Origin: Candidatus Latescibacterota bacterium
Lineage (GTDB): Bacteria > Latescibacterota > UBA2968 > UBA8231
DNA length: 64,000 bases
Direction of reading: 5' to 3'
NCBI GenBank assembly: GCA_965208105.1
Contig: OZ242318.1
Span: 2,656,001-2,720,000, forward strand
Below the pieces are notes generated by a model. That model was not told where the DNA came from and did no database searches. It worked only from the letters and a program-made list of their open reading frames with translations. Below, piece after piece: positions 59,477 through 64,000 of the stretch. A program made the position numbers and the translations under genes. Numbering within the stretch: position 1 is the stretch's first letter; each line of letters opens with the position of its first letter.

Positions 59477-61258
59477 TCACGGCTTTCCCAGGGTCAGATC
59501 CAGGGTCTGTGCCCCGGAAAGGACGTACTCGGTACGGATGCGCTTTCGCAGGACGACTTGACCGTGGACCGGCCCAAGATGGCCCGAGGAACGCTCCTCC
59601 TCGAGAATGGAGCGGACCGAGGGCGGCAATCCGGGGAGCTCCCTGCCCTCGAGGGTGAGACTTGGTCCGCTGCGGTAGAGTTCGACGATCAACTCGTCGT
59701 TGCGTTCGTGGTACTCCATCAATTCCAGCAAATGGCCACTGTCCCTAGGCCGAAAGCCGTCGGGCAGGCGCGCCCGCTCCCACCTTTCGCCGGCCGCGCC
59801 GCTTCCGACGCGCAGAAGCAGAGGCCCTGCCTCCAGGTCTGAGGGCAAGGCGAGTTCCAGCCGTTGCTCGACAGGCGGGCGGCGGTAAGGCTGCAGGACG
59901 ACCTCGAGGTCAAGGGTCTCACCAACTTCGAGGTCCGGATTTACAACGCGCACGGAGCGCACCACGGCGCCTTCGATATTTTCGCTCAGCTCCAATTCAA
60001 ATCGCAGCTCATCCAGTTCCAAGCCATGGAAAGGGGATTTGGCGAGGATGTTCAACGGCCTCATCACTTCCTCTGCGGCGTTGAAGACGGCGGCGGGTCC
60101 ACCGTAGACCTGCTCCCACTGCACACTGCGGCCGTCGCTGAGTTGAATATGGGCACGCATCAGCAAGGTGGAGGCGCCGAACAGCTTCTCCGCGGTCTCC
60201 ACGGTTTTGAGCAATACGAACCAGGCAAGGCGCGGCGTCAAGTCCCGGTGGCGAAGGAGTTCAAAACGGTAGGGCTCGACCATTGCGCTCGTGGCGACCC
60301 CGATCTCCACCGGCAGCATGTCGGGAACGGCGCCCAGCATCCCGGCAATGGCGGCGACGCGATCCTGGCGAATGGCCCCCACCGGGCGGGTGGCGGCCCC
60401 GAGCTTGAAGGAAAGAAACCGGCTGGGAATTACGTCGTAAATGTAGGCCTGGGTCATCGGCATGTCCGTGGAGCCGCTGAGCATCATGGGATGGCCAAAA
60501 GCGAGGATGCGGTCGCCGTCGACATGGGTCAGGGTACCGATGCCCGTGGCACTGAGGTCGCCGGCGATCAGTTGAACTCCGATTGCCGCCCCGGGTAGGA
60601 AGGGAATCTCTCCCTTGTCCTGGGCCTGCCCGCCCGGACTGGCCTGGACCCGCAGGCCCAGAGGCCGCAGGATATCTCCAAGGACCGCGGCATCGCCAGC
60701 GCTGATACCCGTGACCCACACGGGGGTGGCCAGAGGTTCGAGGGCAACCGGGCCGTGAACCTCCAGGTTTCCGAGGGTCTCTTCTACGAGGGCGGCCGCG
60801 GTTGAATCCAGCTCGAGATGCGCCCGGACGCGCTGCTCCTCGGGAAGAGGATCCATGCTCCGATCCATAACCTGGAGCATCTCGTGGACAGGAGTGATGC
60901 CGCAGATCGGAACTTTGGAAAAGGGAAAGGCATAGGCCACTGCGCCGATCATACGGCCATCGATGTAGACCGGACTGCCGCTCATTCCGGCAATAACCCC
61001 GGTTCGCCCCAGGGGACCGCCGGAGAGACGGGCGAGAATCAGGTCGCGCTTCGGACCGAGAATGCCCTGGGCGACACCGAGAATCTCCGCCGCGAAGGTG
61101 TCGATGGCGGCACCTTGAAAAACTGTTTTGCCGATGCCCCGCATACCACGGCGCAGTTCGCCGGCTGCCATGAAATCGGCCGCCGCCGGGAGCTGCGCGG
61201 GGATTCCCGGACCGAGCGACAGAAGGACGAGCATCGAGATGCCCTGGCGCAAACGCAA
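59477..61258 (-). CDS. SpoIVB-like peptidase S55 domain protein
   Basis: GVIAGMSGSPVYIDGRMIGAV and GTLT...AFGHP, with a signal peptide. Confidence 0.8.
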   Translation of the reverse strand: MRLRQGISMLVLLSLGPGIPAQLPAAADFMAAGELRRGMRGIGKTVFQGAAIDTFAAEILGVAQGILGPKRDLILARLSGGPLGRTGVIAGMSGSPVYIDGRMIGAVAYAFPFSKVPICGITPVHEMLQVMDRSMDPLPEEQRVRAHLELDSTAAALVEETLGNLEVHGPVALEPLATPVWVTGISAGDAAVLGDILRPLGLRVQASPGGQAQDKGEIPFLPGAAIGVQLIAGDLSATGIGTLTHVDGDRILAFGHPMMLSGSTDMPMTQAYIYDVIPSRFLSFKLGAATRPVGAIRQDRVAAIAGMLGAVPDMLPVEIGVATSAMVEPYRFELLRHRDLTPRLAWFVLLKTVETAEKLFGASTLLMRAHIQLSDGRSVQWEQVYGGPAAVFNAAEEVMRPLNILAKSPFHGLELDELRFELELSENIEGAVVRSVRVVNPDLEVGETLDLEVVLQPYRRPPVEQRLELALPSDLEAGPLLLRVGSGAAGERWERARLPDGFRPRDSGHLLELMEYHERNDELIVELYRSGPSLTLEGRELPGLPPSVRSILEEERSSGHLGPVHGQVVLRKRIRTEYVLSGAQTLDLTLGKP

Positions 61259-61640
61259 AGTGGAATCTCTCCCCTCAAAAGGCTTGAAATCTATGCAGCA
61301 CCATCCTGAAAGTCAAGCTCTGCCAGAGCGGATCGAAAGCTGTAACAGCTTGATAAAAAGCAAGATGTAACCCTCCTCCGTTTGCCTCCGGTGCCATTCT
61401 CCCGCTTCCAGGATTACCTGGGGGCAGCCGATTTCAGGACTCGAGGCGATGTTGGAGATTTCCGCCGCCCCGGGGACGAAGAGTGATCGGCAACGGCAGC
61501 AGCCATCGAGGCGTGGACAAGGTTGCCGGTGGACCCCATTTTTCTTACAGGCTCTTTGCAGCAACTCGGCCACATTGCGCCAACCCAATCCACCCGAGGT
61601 CGTTTCCTCGCAGCTCGGCCCCAATGAAGACTCGAATACG

Positions 61641-62555
61641 GTGAACCCCCTTCTGGAAAAAATAAAACAGGGCATGGCGCGGACCAGGAAGGCGATGTCC
61701 GGGAGGATTGCCGCCCTGGTGCCTGCGGCAGGCCACCTGGACGAGGACGCCGTAGACGAGATCGAAGCCCTTCTCATCGCCGCGGACGTGGGGCTCGATA
61801 CCGCGGTGGAGATCATCGACGAAGTGCGCGCCCGCCGGGACAAAATCGTCCGTCCCGAAGACCTGACCGAACTGCTGAAAGCCGAAGTTGCCCGGGTCTT
61901 CGCGCCGGATCCGCCATTCTCCTTCGCGGCACCTCCGGCGGGAAGCCCTTGCGTGATCCTCGTAGTCGGGGTGAACGGGACGGGCAAAACCACCACTGCA
62001 GGCAAATTGGCCAAGCGCTACGTTGGCGCCGGCCGAAAAGTCCTGTTGGCAGCCTGCGATACCTTCAGAGCGGCGGCCATATCCCAGTTGGAAGTGTGGG
62101 CCGAGCGCGCCGGGGCCGACATGGTGCGCCCCCGGCCGGGGGCCGACCCTGGGGCCGTGGCATTCGACGCACTGGCTGCGGCACGGGCAAGAAAGATGGA
62201 CGTGCTGATAGTGGACACCGCCGGCAGGCTCCACAACAAGGTAAATCTGATGGAGGAGCTGAAGAAGATCCGGCGGTCACTGAGCAAACAGGATCAGGCT
62301 GCGCCGCACGAGACGCTTCTGGTACTGGACGCAACGACGGGGCAGAACACCCTGTCGCAGGCACGCGAGTTCGACCGTGCTACTGGATTGAGCGGATTCG
62401 TGCTGACCAAGTTGGACGGCACGGCAAAAGGGGGAATCGCCATTGCCCTGCGGCGCGAATTGCAGATTCCCGTGAAACTGGTAGGGGTAGGGGAAGGATC
62501 GGATGATTTGCACCCCTTCAACGGAGAGACCTTCGCCCAGGCCCTGTTCGAATAG
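61641..62555 (+). CDS. ftsY: Signal recognition particle receptor FtsY
   Basis: GVNGTGKTTT, DTFRAAA, DTAGRLH, TKLDGTAKGG and GVGE. GTG start inferred. Confidence 0.95.
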   Translation: MNPLLEKIKQGMARTRKAMSGRIAALVPAAGHLDEDAVDEIEALLIAADVGLDTAVEIIDEVRARRDKIVRPEDLTELLKAEVARVFAPDPPFSFAAPPAGSPCVILVVGVNGTGKTTTAGKLAKRYVGAGRKVLLAACDTFRAAAISQLEVWAERAGADMVRPRPGADPGAVAFDALAAARARKMDVLIVDTAGRLHNKVNLMEELKKIRRSLSKQDQAAPHETLLVLDATTGQNTLSQAREFDRATGLSGFVLTKLDGTAKGGIAIALRRELQIPVKLVGVGEGSDDLHPFNGETFAQALFE

Positions 62556-62679
62556 CCCGGGAATTCCACCCGGAGCGCCGCCTCCCGGCCCGGTTTACCT
62601 CCCACATGCCCGACCCCGCGCCCTGCTTTTCGGCAGCTTCGGCGCCTTCGATTCTCCATCGGATTTCCGTTGAGGCGCA

Positions 62680-63804
62680 TCAGAGGAGCTGCGCGGTTGT
62701 TTCAAGCGCATTGCCGATCTCCTCTATGACAGTTGTATCTTCCTCCTCCTGCAATGCCTCCCGGAGCGCCAGGCGCGCTTCCTCGCCCCCCAGTCTGCCC
62801 AGGGCCCATGCCGCGTGACCTCTCACCAGGGGCTCTTCATCTCCCAATGCCCTGACCAGAGCGGGAACCGCCCTCCGGTCTCCCGAATTGCCCAGGGCCA
62901 CCGCCACGTTGCGCAGCAGGCCGCGGCGCTTGGGCCGCTTGGCGGGACTGCGGCGAAACTGGGAATTGAAAGCTTGGGGATCCATGGCGAGCAGGCGGGT
63001 CAGGGAAGGGACGTCGAGGCCGGAGCGAGCTCGGAAAGCCGGCTCGGACGCGGCTTCCGCTTTGCGATTCCAGGGACACACGTCCTGGCAGATGTCGCAG
63101 CCGAAAATCCAGTTGCCCATCGCGGACCGCAGGCCGGGGGGAATGGGACCCTTGAGTTCGATGTTGAGGTAGGCGATGCAACGGCTCGCATCGAGGACGT
63201 AGGGCTCGGGAAAGGCCTGGGTGGGACAGGCCTCCAGGCAGCGGGTGCAAGTTCCGCAGTGGTCCGTGGCCGGTTCGTCCCACTCCAATTCGAGATCGAG
63301 AACTATTTCGGCCAGGAAGAAGTAGGACCCCTTCCGGGTGTTTATCAGGCAGGTATTCTTGCCCCACCAGCCCAGGCCGGCGCGCTGCCCCAGCTCGCGC
63401 TCGAGGACCGGAGCCGTGTCGACATAGACCCGGCCTGATACCGCTTCCCCGGCGGCCTCCACGATGAAGTCCCACAACTCGAAAAGGCGCTCCTTGACCA
63501 GGTCGTGGTAATCGTCGCCGCGAGCGTAACAGGCCACCGAACCCCGCAGTGGAGATGCCGCAGCCGGCGTCTCCTGGAAATAGTTCATCCCCAGGCAGAT
63601 CACCGTTTTCGCACCGGGCACCAGTTTCCCCGGGTCAAAGCGCTTTTCCATGTTCCGTGCCAGGTAGTCCATTTCCCCGGCGAATCCCAGGGCTACCCAC
63701 CTGGCGTAGAACTGTGCTCCGGGGAGAGGATCCGCGGGAGCAAAGCCTACCAGGTCGAAGCCCAGTCCTCCGGCCTGGCGCCGAATTTTCTCAGTGAGGT
63801 TCAC
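62680..63804 (-). CDS. queG: tRNA epoxyqueuosine reductase with C-terminal HEAT repeats
   Basis: YARGDDYH, VDTAPVLER, CGTCTRCLEACPT and GCDICQDVCPWN. Confidence 0.93.
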   Translation of the reverse strand: MNLTEKIRRQAGGLGFDLVGFAPADPLPGAQFYARWVALGFAGEMDYLARNMEKRFDPGKLVPGAKTVICLGMNYFQETPAAASPLRGSVACYARGDDYHDLVKERLFELWDFIVEAAGEAVSGRVYVDTAPVLERELGQRAGLGWWGKNTCLINTRKGSYFFLAEIVLDLELEWDEPATDHCGTCTRCLEACPTQAFPEPYVLDASRCIAYLNIELKGPIPPGLRSAMGNWIFGCDICQDVCPWNRKAEAASEPAFRARSGLDVPSLTRLLAMDPQAFNSQFRRSPAKRPKRRGLLRNVAVALGNSGDRRAVPALVRALGDEEPLVRGHAAWALGRLGGEEARLALREALQEEEDTTVIEEIGNALETTAQLL

Positions 63805-63812
63805 GCCTGGAC

Positions 63813-64000
63813 TTACCGGAACAACCCGGTGATGTGGTGAAAGACCATCTGGTTGAGATCGTTGAAAGTGACCAGCACCATGATGAAGAGCAGGATGACC
63901 AGGCCAACCTGCTGCACGATTTCGCGCTGGCGCAGGGAAAGGGGGCGGCGCATCACGGCCTCGAGAGAGAGGAAGAGAAGGTGACCGCCGTCGAGCACTG
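63813..64000 (-). CDS. rseP: RIP metalloprotease RseP, 3' end only (truncated by window edge)
   Basis: LDGGHL motif followed by a TM segment and FND. Confidence 0.75.
   Translation of the reverse strand, partial: VLDGGHLLFLSLEAVMRRPLSLRQREIVQQVGLVILLFIMVLVTFNDLNQMVFHHITGLFR

Noticed and set aside
61380-61640. Possible SRP (4.5S) RNA upstream of ftsY (TCG-GCAA-CGG-CAGCAGCC near 61486-61505)
   Set aside because: It lacks the conserved CAGG on the 5' side of the helix and I could not see a long enclosing hairpin.

Overview
A GC-rich bacterial chromosome segment with about 50 densely packed, mostly housekeeping genes: cysH, murD, argC, tatD, rfbB, dut, a xanthine-dehydrogenase-family operon, an RND pump, wecB, fmt, yajC, tgt, purC, secA, nusB, the rib operon, ftsY, queG and a partial rseP. 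PorV-like barrels and a T9SS-type cargo protein suggest an FCB-group organism such as Latescibacterota or Gemmatimonadota, which is inference only. The main finding is a nested mobile-DNA system. A 162-bp MITE with 19-bp terminal inverted repeats and TA target duplication occurs three times (2251-2412, 47346-47507, 49194-49355), each at the TAG stop codon of a gene. An IS110-family, IS1111-type element (45797-47346) has inserted exactly into the TA/TIR junction of one copy at an AG core. Its right non-coding end folds by eye into a bridge/seekRNA-like structure. One loop carries GACACTA, the exact reverse complement of the MITE end TAGTGTC, and another carries ATATCAG, which matches the element's own donor end. 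Also notable are a candidate ~300-nt non-coding RNA or leader ending in tandem terminators, a RibBA whose DHBP-synthase half looks catalytically dead, and a pair of ABC exporters with PH-like and zinc-ribbon N-termini. All calls were made by eye from motifs, and no searches or folding programs were run.
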